Shown piece after piece: positions 1-11,400 of a stretch of DNA of 64,000 bases; the stretch's first letter is position 1; each line of letters starts with the position of its first letter. Source of the DNA: Spirochaetota bacterium (GTDB lineage Bacteria; Spirochaetota; UBA4802; JAFGDQ01); contig JAZDKB010000019.1 of the NCBI GenBank assembly GCA_043803405.1, forward strand, positions 320,001 to 384,000, read 5' to 3'. Under the pieces are notes generated by a model that was given only the letters and a program-made list of their open reading frames with translations, did not search any database and was not told where the DNA came from. The position numbers and the translations under genes are program-made.

Positions 1-1059
1 TTAGCAGACAGCACCCGGCTTTTTGTTACTGCTATACCCCTTACTCTTTTAATCGGCTGGGATTACAAGCTGTCAATATGCGTAATCGGTATTGCCACGT
101 TTATTTATACATATTACGGCGGGCTGAAGGCAATAGTAGTTACGGATGCTGTTCAGTTTTTCCTGTATATCGTTTGTGTATTTATCGGTATTTATGTTAT
201 CTCCGATGTGCTGTCACTGTCTGTGCTTTCTGTTTTTGCGAAAATACCGGATAACAGTCTAAGCATTTTCCATTCCGGTTTGCAAAACGGTTTTTCTAGC
301 CTGTTCGGGTCATATAATATCGTATCCGGCATCATCGGAGGCGCCTTCTTTTCTTTCGCATCGCACGGCACAGATCACCTGATAGTGCAAAGGATATTAT
401 CATGCAGGGATTTGGGGTCTGCAAAGAAAGCAATGATCACAAGCGGTATAATAATTATCGTACAATTTGCTCTTTTCCTTTTACTTGGCCTTTTTATAAA
501 AGTGCTAATGGCAGATAAGCACTTTGACAAGTCCGATATGATAGTTCCGTATTTTATTATTAATTACCTGCCCGCAGGTTTTAAGGGTATAATGCTTGCC
601 GGCATATTTGCCGCCGCCATGTCTACTCTCAGTTCCTCAATAAATTCCCTTTCTTCATCTACATCTGCGGATCTTTTAGGTTTAAGTAAAAAAGATATTT
701 CGGATGCTGAAAAAGTGAAAATATCGAGGCTTATTTCACTAATATGGACAATCGTGATAATTGCAATTTCCATATTGTTTAATTATTCCAGCAAACCTCT
801 GGTTGTAGTGGCGCTTTCCATTGCTTCCGTGACGTACGGCGGCATGATGGGAATATTTCTGCTGGGCAGATTCTTTGCGGGCTTCTCGGAGTGGGCTGCG
901 ATAGCAGGAATGCTCACAAGTATCTTTGCTAATCTTTTCATTTTGTTTGCAACGGATATATTCTGGCTTTGGTATGTCACGATCGGCTTTGCAATTTCAT
1001 TCGGCTCCGGATTCCTTTTCAGCAGGATTATCAATATCAGGAAAAATTCATGTATTTGA
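1..1059 (+). CDS. Sodium:solute symporter (SSS/SLC5 family), 5'-truncated by window edge
   Basis: The frame is open from base 1 (LADSTRLFVTAIP...GGLKAIVVTDAVQF). It carries SSS motifs GTDHLIVQRILS and AGIFAAAMSTLSSSINSLS and many hydrophobic helices. Confidence 0.9.
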   Translation, partial: LADSTRLFVTAIPLTLLIGWDYKLSICVIGIATFIYTYYGGLKAIVVTDAVQFFLYIVCVFIGIYVISDVLSLSVLSVFAKIPDNSLSIFHSGLQNGFSSLFGSYNIVSGIIGGAFFSFASHGTDHLIVQRILSCRDLGSAKKAMITSGIIIIVQFALFLLLGLFIKVLMADKHFDKSDMIVPYFIINYLPAGFKGIMLAGIFAAAMSTLSSSINSLSSSTSADLLGLSKKDISDAEKVKISRLISLIWTIVIIAISILFNYSSKPLVVVALSIASVTYGGMMGIFLLGRFFAGFSEWAAIAGMLTSIFANLFILFATDIFWLWYVTIGFAISFGSGFLFSRIINIRKNSCI

Positions 1060-1234
1060 TTTTCCGGGATTTATGAAACGAAATAATCACTCAACGCTGG
1101 CCGGAATATCCTGCTGAAAATTTTTTAATAAAGTGTTATTAATAAATTCACAATTACTCGATAATAAATATGAGGATACTCTCTAGGATATCCTTACCTT
1201 TATTTATTAATAAAAAAATTATCGAGACAATTGT

Positions 1235-2182
1235 ATGTTAATTAAGAAAACAAAAATTAGTCTTTTAGTTATTGTTGCATGCGTATTTTTATTTGTATCA
1301 AATAATATTTATTCCGCAGGCCAGGCAGATAATAAATTATCTTCGTATATTCCATATAAACCAATAGAAATATCCGCATTAAGCCGGTACTTTGAGGACA
1401 GGATTGTTTTTCAGCATATTCAGCTTCCAGGATTTTCCTTAAATGCGGATAATTCCATCGCCAGTTTATTGGTTATAAAAAACGATGAAATATATCTTTT
1501 CCACGATGGATTTGATGATGTAAAAAAGATTTCATTCCAAAACTATTTGCGGGTAATCAATAACGATGAACCGGTAGATTTATGGGTCAATAAAATTAAT
1601 TCCAGGCCGGACTATTTAAGGATTGCGAACAGAAAAGTGGAAAAACTATTAAACAGTAATGAGAATTATGCGGAAAAAAATTCCGGGGATATCTACAGAA
1701 GCATAAGGAATTCTTTCCTGCATAATCATGTTAAAATATTTAAAGGATTGATGATGAACAGAGTTGAGTCCGATTTTAAACTGGACAGAAAGCCTATTTT
1801 TCCGCCTGCCTTTAAAGAAATGAATGCCCCGATAAAATTTTCCTCAGTAATTAAAGCAAAGGCACATAATGACTATCGATATTATGCTGAAGATAAAGAC
1901 GGCGATGAGATTACCGAGACATTCTATGTTACAATGAATGATAGCTTTAACTGGGGTTTTAAATCAGGGCCTAATGTTATTTTTATTTATAATAACAAGG
2001 AAGACGATATAAAGCAATTTATAGGCAAGCTGTGTTATGAAGCATATTTCGGGACATCAGCAGAAGAAACGGAATTATCGAAGTTACTCCCGAAAGATAC
2101 GGATATACTGAAAACATTCAATCTTGAAAAGCTGACATTGCAAACGCCTCCGCCGGAAAAGCAGGCTGAGCCGAAAAAATAA
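1235..2182 (+). CDS. Exported hypothetical protein
   Basis: 315-aa ORF with an N-terminal signal-like hydrophobic stretch; no family recognised. Confidence 0.7.
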   Translation: MLIKKTKISLLVIVACVFLFVSNNIYSAGQADNKLSSYIPYKPIEISALSRYFEDRIVFQHIQLPGFSLNADNSIASLLVIKNDEIYLFHDGFDDVKKISFQNYLRVINNDEPVDLWVNKINSRPDYLRIANRKVEKLLNSNENYAEKNSGDIYRSIRNSFLHNHVKIFKGLMMNRVESDFKLDRKPIFPPAFKEMNAPIKFSSVIKAKAHNDYRYYAEDKDGDEITETFYVTMNDSFNWGFKSGPNVIFIYNNKEDDIKQFIGKLCYEAYFGTSAEETELSKLLPKDTDILKTFNLEKLTLQTPPPEKQAEPKK

Positions 2183-2334
2183 AATTACAGCTTAATTCGC
2201 CGGCGAGCCGGACAATTAAGCGTATCAAAGTCCGTTCACTTGCGGGAAGATACTGCCATTATAAATGCCGCTGCTTTTGCAAATATTGAACTGAATCGCA
2301 TTCAAGTAATAATAACACCGACTCTATTATACGG

Positions 2335-3078
2335 TCATTTTTCTTTTTTATAATATTTGGGATACAGCCGTTCCGCACATTCAGGGCAGAGGCCGTGGGA
2401 GAACTCCGCCTCCGAATGGTCTCCTATGTATATTTCCATCACTTCCCAGTTACCCTGCTCGTCGCGTATCTTTTTACAGGAAGAACAAATCGGGAGCAGT
2501 CCGCTTAGTGCTTTAACTTGCGAAAGAGCTTCCCTGAGTTCAAGGATAAGCCTTTCCCGTTCCTCCTCTGCCAGCTTTTGCTCAATAATGTCCTGATTTG
2601 CTCCATACAACCTGACAAGAGAACCCGAATGATCATTAATAACCATTGTTCGTACAAGAATATGGCGCACATCACCATCGCGGCGGATAATACGGTGTTT
2701 TGCTAAGATAATGAATTCGGGTTCTTTTCTCGGAGCGTTTTCCTCTACAACCTTATAAAAAATATGCAGATCGTCAGGATGAATGAACCGTTTCGCGTAT
2801 TCTTCCATTGTCATCCGGTATCCTCCTTCCTGAAGGGCTGTTGTGCCGTAAAAAGTATAGAAAGGATCATTGAAAATATATGTTTGTGCTGCAGGATCAT
2901 ATTCCCAGTATACAATATGCGCGAGTTCCATTGCATCAGACAGCCGAAGCTGACTTATCCGCAGGGCTTCTTCTGTCTGCTTACGGGTTGTTTCGCATTG
3001 TTCAAGTTCCTGAATTCTTTGTTTTAAGGCTGTTATCTCTTCAGTTGTTTCCTTTTTTATCTTTGATGGACCTTCCAT
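2335..3078 (-). CDS. PAS/PAC-domain protein with C-terminal LPICxxCKKIRD...SHGLCPEC putative Zn-binding domain
   Basis: PAS_3-like IHPDD...RRDGDVRHI...GANQDI; C-terminal Cys/His motif; AAGGAG RBS upstream. Confidence 0.8.
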   Translation of the reverse strand: MEGPSKIKKETTEEITALKQRIQELEQCETTRKQTEEALRISQLRLSDAMELAHIVYWEYDPAAQTYIFNDPFYTFYGTTALQEGGYRMTMEEYAKRFIHPDDLHIFYKVVEENAPRKEPEFIILAKHRIIRRDGDVRHILVRTMVINDHSGSLVRLYGANQDIIEQKLAEEERERLILELREALSQVKALSGLLPICSSCKKIRDEQGNWEVMEIYIGDHSEAEFSHGLCPECAERLYPKYYKKEK

Positions 3079-3518
3079 CGGGCTCTCCTTATTCCTTTAA
3101 ATGTCGATGTTATGGATCAAATTATGCCTGATGCCCACAGTTATATAGAATATCAATTATATCATCAACAGTATAATTAATCAAATGTTTAAGTATTGAC
3201 ATAGAATTTCTTTCATGCAAATTTTTTTAAATTTATTGTGCCGAATGTTGTTGTTGAAGAAATGCCGGGATTGCAACACTTGCGGGAATTGCTACCATCG
3301 CAGGTTTGATCTGCTATGTGCTTTTTTATCGTCTGGACGAAAGGGCGGGTTACCGGATCGGCATGGTACCTCTGGCAACGGATGCATTCGTTGAGGCGGT
3401 TTTCCTTATTGCGATGGCGCTGACATCTTAAAAAATAAAACAGCTGGCATCTTTACGGAAATTCTATTATGCTCAGAGCATGGGCTGTATCCTGTTTAAA
3501 GTCCCGGAGCATCGGCAT

Positions 3519-3848
3519 TTACGAATGCTTCATTTTATAAAAAAGATAATTGTAATCAGTAATTACGAATGATCCTTTTTGCAAAAGAGATATTGTAATA
3601 TTCCTATCAGGGATTGCTTCTTTATTTTTAATTAAATCAATCTGGCCGTTCTTCCATCGGCTTAATAAATCATCTTTAAGCGATTCAATATTTTTATCAT
3701 TTTCTATTCCGGCAAATTTTTTTCTGCATCCATCTTCATATTTCTCAATATTATCATAAGGATTAAATTCCAGATATATTTCATTGAGAAGATCGAAAAT
3801 TCTAAATCCATCCAATGAATGCTGTTCTTTAGAATCGTCTATTAGCAT
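3519..3848 (-). CDS. Hypothetical protein (possibly a fragment)
   Basis: 109-aa AT-rich ORF starting 27 bp downstream of the PqiA-like gene on the same strand. Confidence 0.45.
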   Translation of the reverse strand: MLIDDSKEQHSLDGFRIFDLLNEIYLEFNPYDNIEKYEDGCRKKFAGIENDKNIESLKDDLLSRWKNGQIDLIKNKEAIPDRNITISLLQKGSFVITDYNYLFYKMKHS

Positions 3849-3875
3849 TTGCTTTTATTAAAATTAATATCAAAT

Positions 3876-5141
3876 TTAATTCTCGGATGTCTTAGGTTTT
3901 CTGGCCAGGAATACTGCTAAAAACAATGCCAGAAGGGTGTATGACAAAAAAAGATAAAATCCGGGCTGAAGGGAACTGCCATTAAAAGTTAATATATCCT
4001 GTTTCTGCGCGACCAGGTTCATATAACTGAGCTGATTTTTTATCATCCCGTTAAATCCTATATAGGACATGGAAATAGCAACAGCCATAACATCTGCCAT
4101 GGACCATTTGCCGGATTTAAAGACAAAAAATTTAATAAACGGATTATCACTTGCTTTGAAAAAATTATAATAATATATCATTGATGATATCATTTTAAGT
4201 ATAGGAAATACAACGCTGAAAGTCATCATCAGAAATCCGACAAATTTCATCATAAAATCCTTATCATTGATCATAATCCGGAATACATCTATAATGCTTT
4301 TGCTCTGAAAATATAATATCTGGTCTACAAAATGGATGGGGTGCCCCATAACCATAAAAGTAATTCTGGAAATTTTTGCTTCAATATTCATCATCGGCAT
4401 AGTTACACCGGCTATAAGCAGGGGAATAAGGGAGATAATAAGAATTATATATCTGGAGGGAGTTAAGGGCTTCATTCTGAAACCGGACATACAAAAAAGG
4501 ATGACTGAAAGTATGATCATCGTAAGTGACTCACGGAAAATCAGATTATTTGTATACTCGATTCTATTGTTGACCCTGATCCTAGCCGTTTCAATATCGC
4601 TGGAATTAGTATCGGACAGGATATTTTTCAACTGAGATCCATCCTGTATGTCGTAGGTTTTTTTTGAAAATTTAAGAACCTCGTTGTTCAGAATAAGTTT
4701 TATCTGATCCTTTGTTTTGGCTGTGATCATTTCATGATAGATTGCATCGGCGTATTCGGGAATCCCTTTTTTAATAGCATCCATGCTGACAAAAATTTCC
4801 ATAATGGATAGTTTAGCCTTGCCCCATGCAGAACCGGAATAATCATCCCTGATTCTTATTTCTACTTTATCAATAAGCGTATTCAGCAGATCCCTGATTT
4901 TATTTTTAAGATCCTGTTCGTTCTTTTCCGTGAGATCTAACGTATTTATCTCAGTTATAAGAATTCCGGCAACATGCTGTTTCCACTTTCCAAGATTTAA
5001 AATACCATATTTAACGTTATTGACTTCGGCGTAATCGTCTCTGTTCTTCTGATTGATAATTGAATTTGAAATAATCTGCTGACATAAAACAGCAGATACC
5101 AGTAAAATTATTATGGATAAGATAAAATTGAACCGCTTCAT
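3876..5141 (-). CDS. Paraquat-inducible protein A (PqiA)-domain membrane protein with long N-terminal soluble domain
   Basis: C-terminal FSVVFPILK...GKWSMADV...LQPGFYLF PqiA signature and several TM helices. Confidence 0.8.
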   Translation of the reverse strand: MKRFNFILSIIILLVSAVLCQQIISNSIINQKNRDDYAEVNNVKYGILNLGKWKQHVAGILITEINTLDLTEKNEQDLKNKIRDLLNTLIDKVEIRIRDDYSGSAWGKAKLSIMEIFVSMDAIKKGIPEYADAIYHEMITAKTKDQIKLILNNEVLKFSKKTYDIQDGSQLKNILSDTNSSDIETARIRVNNRIEYTNNLIFRESLTMIILSVILFCMSGFRMKPLTPSRYIILIISLIPLLIAGVTMPMMNIEAKISRITFMVMGHPIHFVDQILYFQSKSIIDVFRIMINDKDFMMKFVGFLMMTFSVVFPILKMISSMIYYYNFFKASDNPFIKFFVFKSGKWSMADVMAVAISMSYIGFNGMIKNQLSYMNLVAQKQDILTFNGSSLQPGFYLFLSYTLLALFLAVFLARKPKTSEN

Positions 5142-5469
5142 TGTAAAATGCTCTTTATCCGTTTAGACATCTCAGAGAAAAGGATGTATCAATACTCTGG
5201 CTGACCATTTCGATTATTTTGCCACAATACACAATACAGCAATTAAAAAGTTTCAGGACGCACTCTTAAATAATATTTTGCTATTTATAAAAAGGATCAT
5301 ATTCTTTGGCAAGAAAGATAAATTTTTATCAACCTTCATTTATCTTTTTTGGTAATATGTCAGCGGAGCATGATCCGGTAAGAAGATGCCCCACGCGTTT
5401 AAAGCTTTTATGATCGGAAGCTGGTAAAAAAATAGTCAATGTGTGGAAGGGCTGCCGTTATGCCATTTA

Positions 5470-6066
5470 TTAGAAATTCTTTTTTGACGCAAAGGCATAT
5501 TCTTCCCTTGAATAACAAAATACGTTTCCTTCACGGCTGCACAGTAATTCCGCATGGATAGTCAGCGCGTCAACCAATGCCTGTTTGAATGACTTATCGC
5601 CATTATGGAATCCCTTTTCATGGAGTTGAACGATTATATCAACCGAAGCCAATGGGTCGATTATGGCAATGGTGTAAACATACCAGTCGTCAAGATTGTC
5701 GATCAGAATTTTTTTTGTTTCAGGACTTAAGAGTTCATGGGCAGGGCACAGATATCTTCTGCAGGTATCGGCACCGAAGAGTCCCTTGTCACGCTGGTCC
5801 GCGCCGGCAACGTTCGGATGCACAAGGCATCCGGGAATCCCGTCGGCAATGAATCCATGGAAGGGACAGATATGCGAAGATGCATCCCTGCACGATGCCG
5901 TCTGCTCAGGGTAGCTTCCGTCTATCTGATAACGCCAGTAGTTCGCGGTGCGAAAGGTACCTGCATTTAAAAAATCCGTCAGATTCTCCCGCGAGATATC
6001 GGTGTGATTCATCAGGCCGCAGCAGGCTGCGCAGGATTTGGTTTTATCGGGCATGCATAGATTCAT
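5470..6066 (-). CDS. Cys-rich hypothetical protein (CxxCC, putative Zn/Fe-binding)
   Basis: The likely start is MNLCMP at 6066, with AAGGTG upstream. Motifs SCAACCG, HICPF, GCLVHP and TCRRYLCP. Confidence 0.7.
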   Translation of the reverse strand: MNLCMPDKTKSCAACCGLMNHTDISRENLTDFLNAGTFRTANYWRYQIDGSYPEQTASCRDASSHICPFHGFIADGIPGCLVHPNVAGADQRDKGLFGADTCRRYLCPAHELLSPETKKILIDNLDDWYVYTIAIIDPLASVDIIVQLHEKGFHNGDKSFKQALVDALTIHAELLCSREGNVFCYSREEYAFASKKNF

Positions 6067-6294
6067 AGTCAGCACCTTATTGAATATCCGTACACCGGGG
6101 GCGGCTAATTCAGGCTGATGTGCCGGCTTGAGGATGCCACCATGACGGCGCAAATCTCCCCGTCGGATTTTTTGGCAAATCATTGTCACCCGAAAATAGA
6201 GATCCGGTTTTTCCGGGAAATATATAATGCTGGATGTGTACGAGATGCGAAAAATCCCAGCTGTCAACACTTTTTATTTCAAGGCCTTAAACTA

Positions 6295-7797
6295 TTAAAG
6301 AGAGAAGAAGCCAAGATCCTCCTGAGTTTTCTCTGACTGGCTGTACAGGTTTTCCGAAGTAGCGACAAGTTCTTCAGATGATGATGCTGTGCTTTGACTG
6401 ATGCTGTTCAGTTGATTCATGGCAACATTGATCTGGGTAACCCCTGCATTTTGCTCTTCCGCCGCCGTAGCAATATCCTGAATCAATTGAGCTGTCTTTG
6501 TAATTTCAGGTATAATTCTGTTGATAAGACCGCTTGCGTTCTCAGAAATCTCCATACTGTCGCCTGAGAGCTTGTTTATTTCCTGTGATAATTGCTGGCT
6601 TTTTTCCGCGAGCTTTCTTACCTCAACAGCGACCACCGCAAAACCTTTGCCGTAATTACCGGCACGGGCCGCTTCAATGGCCGCGTTGAGCGCTAAAAGA
6701 TTTGTCTGATAGGCAATGTCTTCAATACTTTTTATTTTCGTTGATATTATTTGCATGACACCTACTGTTTTATTGACTGCTTCATTTCCCTCCTGTGCCA
6801 GCGACGCAGTTTGCTGCGCAATTTCATCGGTATGCCTGGCGCTTAAGGATATCTGGGTAATGCTGGCTCCCATCTGCTCAAGAGATGATGATATCTCCTC
6901 AATATTTGCCGCCTGATCATTAGCCGCGGTACTGAGAACCTGGGCCGCAGAGCTGAGTTCTCCTGAAGCCTGCGCTGTGGAATCGTTTCCATCATTTATG
7001 GAAGTGATAATCGATCTTAATTTATCAATTAAATGGCTGAAATGAGTCATGAGCTGTCCTAATTCGTCTTCTGATTCAACGAAGCTCCAGGACTTGAAAT
7101 CACCCTCCGCAAGACGGCCTGTGATGGCAACCATATTGCTGATTGGCCTGGTTATGCTCCAGATAATCAGGATGCTGATGATGATCCCGAAGAATATGGC
7201 TGTAATGGAAACAACTATGATAAGGGAATTAATTTTATAAGAGTATTGCTTTGAGTGGGAATATGTTTCTGTCATCTGGTCTTTAAGTTTTGTATTAATA
7301 CTGTTAAGGTATTCGCGGACTATCCCGAGACTTGGCTGGGTTTTTGTATCGAACTCACGTACCGCCAGTTGTTTTGACATATAGTTCTTTATATCGATAT
7401 ATTTTTTTATATTTAGTGCTGATTCATGGAGCCGGTTATGAGGTTCTTCAATTTTTTTGAAATCATTGATCAAATACGGGAAAAATTTTTCGACTTCCTC
7501 CCGTGCCTTGCTGTAATACCATTTACCGAAGTTGCATTGATGAGGGTCTGCTTGAATGTCGTTAATATTTTTATCGAGAATGATATTTTGCTGGAGTTTC
7601 AAAACCCAGTCGACATGGTCGATTTCCCTATTTTCCATGCTTGAGACGATATCGTTACTTATTTTTATTTTTTCGGAATTGGCATTGATGATATTCATTC
7701 CCCGGATTGAAAAGGAAGAAACACCAATGATAAAAATGAGCAATACCCCAGAAGCGAACCCAAGCTTTTTCCACAGTTTCAGGTTTTTCCACCTCAT
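6295..7797 (-). CDS. Methyl-accepting chemotaxis protein with CZB domain between TM1 and TM2, plus HAMP
   Basis: [35 protein letters not shown] signalling hairpin; CZB ligands [13 protein letters not shown] and EPHNRLH; GGAGG RBS. Confidence 0.93.
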   Translation of the reverse strand: MRWKNLKLWKKLGFASGVLLIFIIGVSSFSIRGMNIINANSEKIKISNDIVSSMENREIDHVDWVLKLQQNIILDKNINDIQADPHQCNFGKWYYSKAREEVEKFFPYLINDFKKIEEPHNRLHESALNIKKYIDIKNYMSKQLAVREFDTKTQPSLGIVREYLNSINTKLKDQMTETYSHSKQYSYKINSLIIVVSITAIFFGIIISILIIWSITRPISNMVAITGRLAEGDFKSWSFVESEDELGQLMTHFSHLIDKLRSIITSINDGNDSTAQASGELSSAAQVLSTAANDQAANIEEISSSLEQMGASITQISLSARHTDEIAQQTASLAQEGNEAVNKTVGVMQIISTKIKSIEDIAYQTNLLALNAAIEAARAGNYGKGFAVVAVEVRKLAEKSQQLSQEINKLSGDSMEISENASGLINRIIPEITKTAQLIQDIATAAEEQNAGVTQINVAMNQLNSISQSTASSSEELVATSENLYSQSEKTQEDLGFFSL

Positions 7798-7997
7798 ATC
7801 TACCTCCGTGCATCGAATAACAGATATTATTTGAAAATGATAATTATTATTCTACTAAACAATAAAAACAATTACATCTTTTTTTTTATAAAAAACAAAA
7901 AAATACTTTCTGTAGCAAACTATCCTGCAGCTGAAGCAAGAGCACATGTAATTTTTTCTATGCAAGCTCCTCGTAATCTGTATTTAACAGTATTACT

Positions 7998-8420
7998 TCA
8001 ATCAATGTAAACAGGAACATAATTCATTCCCATTGAATCCTTTTTCATTTTACTTGAAAAATCTTCAGGGCCCATCGGATTCCCGTAAAAACCTATTTTT
8101 TGCCCATGTTTCAATTTTTTGCGGCTGTCATATACTGCAATTAAGGTAGCCGACTTTTTATCGGAATTTACTTTAAGATAATAAAATTCCACAACTTTAG
8201 CGTCGTTAGTGCCCCATTCTTCCAGATATACCGGCAAATAATCCATCCCCATTGAATCTTTTTTTGCTTTGGGAGACCAATCTTTCAGACCCATAGGTGC
8301 AACATAAAACACAATTTGTTTTCCTGTTTTATGTTTCATGGATTCAGAATAAACCTGTGCGCTGAAAACTGCTCCTAATAAAACCGTTATAAACAGTGAT
8401 GCAAAAATTTTTTTGTTCAT
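7998..8420 (-). CDS. Secreted protein with two Met-rich heavy-metal-binding repeats (PMG...KKDSMGMxYxPVY)
   Basis: The real start is MNKKIFASLF at 8420 (AGGAG RBS), followed by a signal peptide. The two repeats match the CusB N-terminal motif SMNP...GKDSMGMDMIP. Confidence 0.8.
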   Translation of the reverse strand: MNKKIFASLFITVLLGAVFSAQVYSESMKHKTGKQIVFYVAPMGLKDWSPKAKKDSMGMDYLPVYLEEWGTNDAKVVEFYYLKVNSDKKSATLIAVYDSRKKLKHGQKIGFYGNPMGPEDFSSKMKKDSMGMNYVPVYID

Positions 8421-8473
8421 ACTGGTTTTTCTCCTTTTATCAAATTTATAAAATGTGCTTAAATTAAAAAGCC

Positions 8474-11400
8474 TTATTTTAGTTCCCGTTTCTTCCACAG
8501 AAGGTAAATTGCCGGATACACAAGCAATTCCATAATAAATGATGTAAAAAGCCCTCCGACCATAGGCGCCGCGATGCGTTTCATTACGTCTGCGCCTGTG
8601 CCCATTGACCACATGATCGGCATAAGACCCATGGTTGCAGCCATAACTGTCATGATCTTAGGGCGGATACGTTTAACAGCACCGTGAACAATAGCCTCTT
8701 TAAGATCTACGAGGGTATGAAGCCTGCCTTTCTTTTTGGCTTCATCATGCGAGAGATCAAGGAATAACAGCATAAAAACACCGGTTTCTGCATCGAGTCC
8801 CATAAGAGCTATCATCCCTACCCACGCGGCTATGGATGTATGATATCCAAGACCGAACATGAGCCATATTGCACCCACAACCGAAAAAGGCACAGCCAGC
8901 ATTACCACTGCCGCTTTGAAAGCTGATTTCGTGTTCATATAAAGAAGAACGAATATAAGAAGTATTGTTATAGGCAGCACTATTTTAAGACGTTCGGCAA
9001 CGCGCTGCATATTTTCGTACTGCCCGCTCCAGGTAAGCGTATACCCCTGCGGCATCTTTACGCCGCTTTTAACCATCTGTTTTGCTTCTTCAACGTATGA
9101 ACCGACATCGCGGTCTGCGATATCGACATACACATAGCCTGCCAGGCGGCCATTTTCATCACGGATCATTGAAGGGCCATATGTCAGTTTAATATCCGCG
9201 ACTTCCCTCATAGGCACCTGTGCTCCGTTCATGGCTGTAATGTATACCCGCTCCAGGTCGTCCACCTGCGTCCTTAAACTGCGGGGATACCTGACATTAA
9301 TTGAATATCGTTCCCTGCCTTCGATGGTCGTGGATACAGTGTCGCCGCCGATAGCGCTCATGACGACTTCCTGAAAATCATCGATATTTAATCCATATCG
9401 TGCAAGTGCTTCACGTTTTGGTATAAGATCAACGTAAAAGCCGCCTCCTACGCGTTCGGAAAACACACTGCGTGTACCGGGTACGGATTTAATAACGCGT
9501 TCAATTTCGCTTCCAAGCCTCTGTATTTCCATGAGATCAGAACCGAATATTTTGATGCCCACAGGAGTCCTGACGCCTGTGGTCAACATATCGATGCGTC
9601 CTTTGATCGGCATGGTCCAGGCATTCGAATTTCCCGGGATCTGAAGGGACTGATCCATGAGAGCTATGAGCTCGTCATATGAAATTTTATCCGGCCAGAC
9701 ATGACGGAACAGCCAGGCGAGCGGAGCCGGCGCCCATGCCGAATACCAGCGCTTCTTCTCCCGCCATTCGCTCTGCGGTTTCAGATGTATTGTCGTTTCC
9801 ATCATGGAAAACGGCGCCGGGTCCGTTGATGTATCCGCCCTTCCCGCTTTGCCAAACACAGTATCTACTTCTGGAAAGGATTTTAATATTTTATCCTGGA
9901 TTATAAGCAGGTTCCGCGCTTCGGTCACTGAAATCCCAGGCAGCGTGGTCGGCATATAGAGTACCGTACCTTCGTTTAGCGGTGGCATGAATTCAGAACC
10001 GAGTTTAAAATATACGGGGATCGATATCATTACTATCAGTACAGCTCCTGCAATAACCCTTTTAGGATGTTCCAATACCCAGCGGCAGGGAGCATCATAT
10101 AACCGGAAAAGAATTTTACTGACAGGATGTTTTTCTTCAGAATAATATTTTCCCACAAATAGGTTAGTTGCTACAGATGCGAGCCATTTCGGTTTCAGGC
10201 TAAAAGGCTCCAGCCTTGCAAAAAGCATGCGGACCGCAGGGTCAAGGGTAACGGCAAGTAGCGAGGCTATTGCTATTGTGAGTGTTTTAGTCCATGCCAG
10301 GGGCGTGAAAAGCCGCCCCTCCTGATCCACCAGCGTAAAAACCGGGAGAAATGCTACTGCAATTACCAGGAGAGAAAAGAAAACCGACGGCCCAACCTCC
10401 ATAAGCGCCTCAAGGCGCACTTCATGAAAATCGCCTTTCCGTCCTCCTTCTATCCATAACTCGATTTTCTTGTACGCATTTTCAACTTCAACTATTGCGC
10501 CATCCACCAGCACACCAATGGAAATGGCAATGCCCGCAAGGCTCATAATATTTGACGAGATCCCGAAGAAGTACATTGGAATAAATGCCAGTGCTACAGA
10601 TATGGGTATGGTGATGATCGGTACCAGAGCAGAAGGAAAGTGCCACAGGAACAGGAGAATGACAAGACTCACGATTACCATTTCCACGATAAGTTCTTCC
10701 TTCAGATTATCGATGGATCTCTGTATCAGGTCTGAACGGTCATAAACGGTTTTAATTTCTACTCCTTCCGGAAGCGAAGGTTTCAAATCCTCAATCTTTG
10801 CCTTAATTCGTTCGATGACGTTCAAGGCGTTTTCACCATGCCGTATAACGACTATGCCGCCGGTAACATCTCCGAGGCCGTTTAATTCGGCAAGTCCGCG
10901 ACGTATCTGGGGCCCAATGGTTATAGTAGCTACATTCTCCAGGAGTACCGGTGTCCCCTTGCTCTCTTTCACAGGGACTTTCCTGAGATCATCAACGCTT
11001 TTAACATATCCCTTGGCCCGCACCATGAATTCCTTGCCTGACCATTCAATCAGCCGCCCGCCTGCTTCGTTGTTATTTTTCTTGATAGCTTCAATAACAT
11101 TCATTAGCGAAAGGTTGTACGTATGGAGACGATTGGGATCAACTATTACCTGGTACTGCTTCTCAAAGCCGCCGATGCCGGCGACTTCCGACACGCCCGG
11201 CACACTCTGCAGCGCGTATTTGAGTGTCCAGTCCTGGAACGACCGGAGGCTGGCAAGGTCGTGTTTGCCGGATTTGTCGACAAGGGCGTACTGGAAAACC
11301 CATCCTACGCCTGTGGCATCCGGACCTAGTTCAGACTTAACTCCAGGCGGTAAGTTTCCCTGTATTTTTGACAGGTACTCGAGCACGCGGCTGCGCGCCC

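Noticed and set aside
3262..3431. Hydrophobic plus-strand reading frame (AGIATLAGIATIAGLICYVLFY...AVFLIAMALTS*)
   Set aside because: It is preceded by an in-frame TGA and lacks a convincing start or RBS. It may be a membrane-gene remnant but cannot be assigned.
6070..6290. Riboswitch or N-terminal extension of the Cys-rich ORF
   Set aside because: No recognisable aptamer consensus, and the better start with an RBS is at 6066.
8421..8612. N-terminal extension of the 204-aa ORF in the track
   Set aside because: It overlaps the cusA 3' end. The signal peptide and RBS point to a start at 8420.
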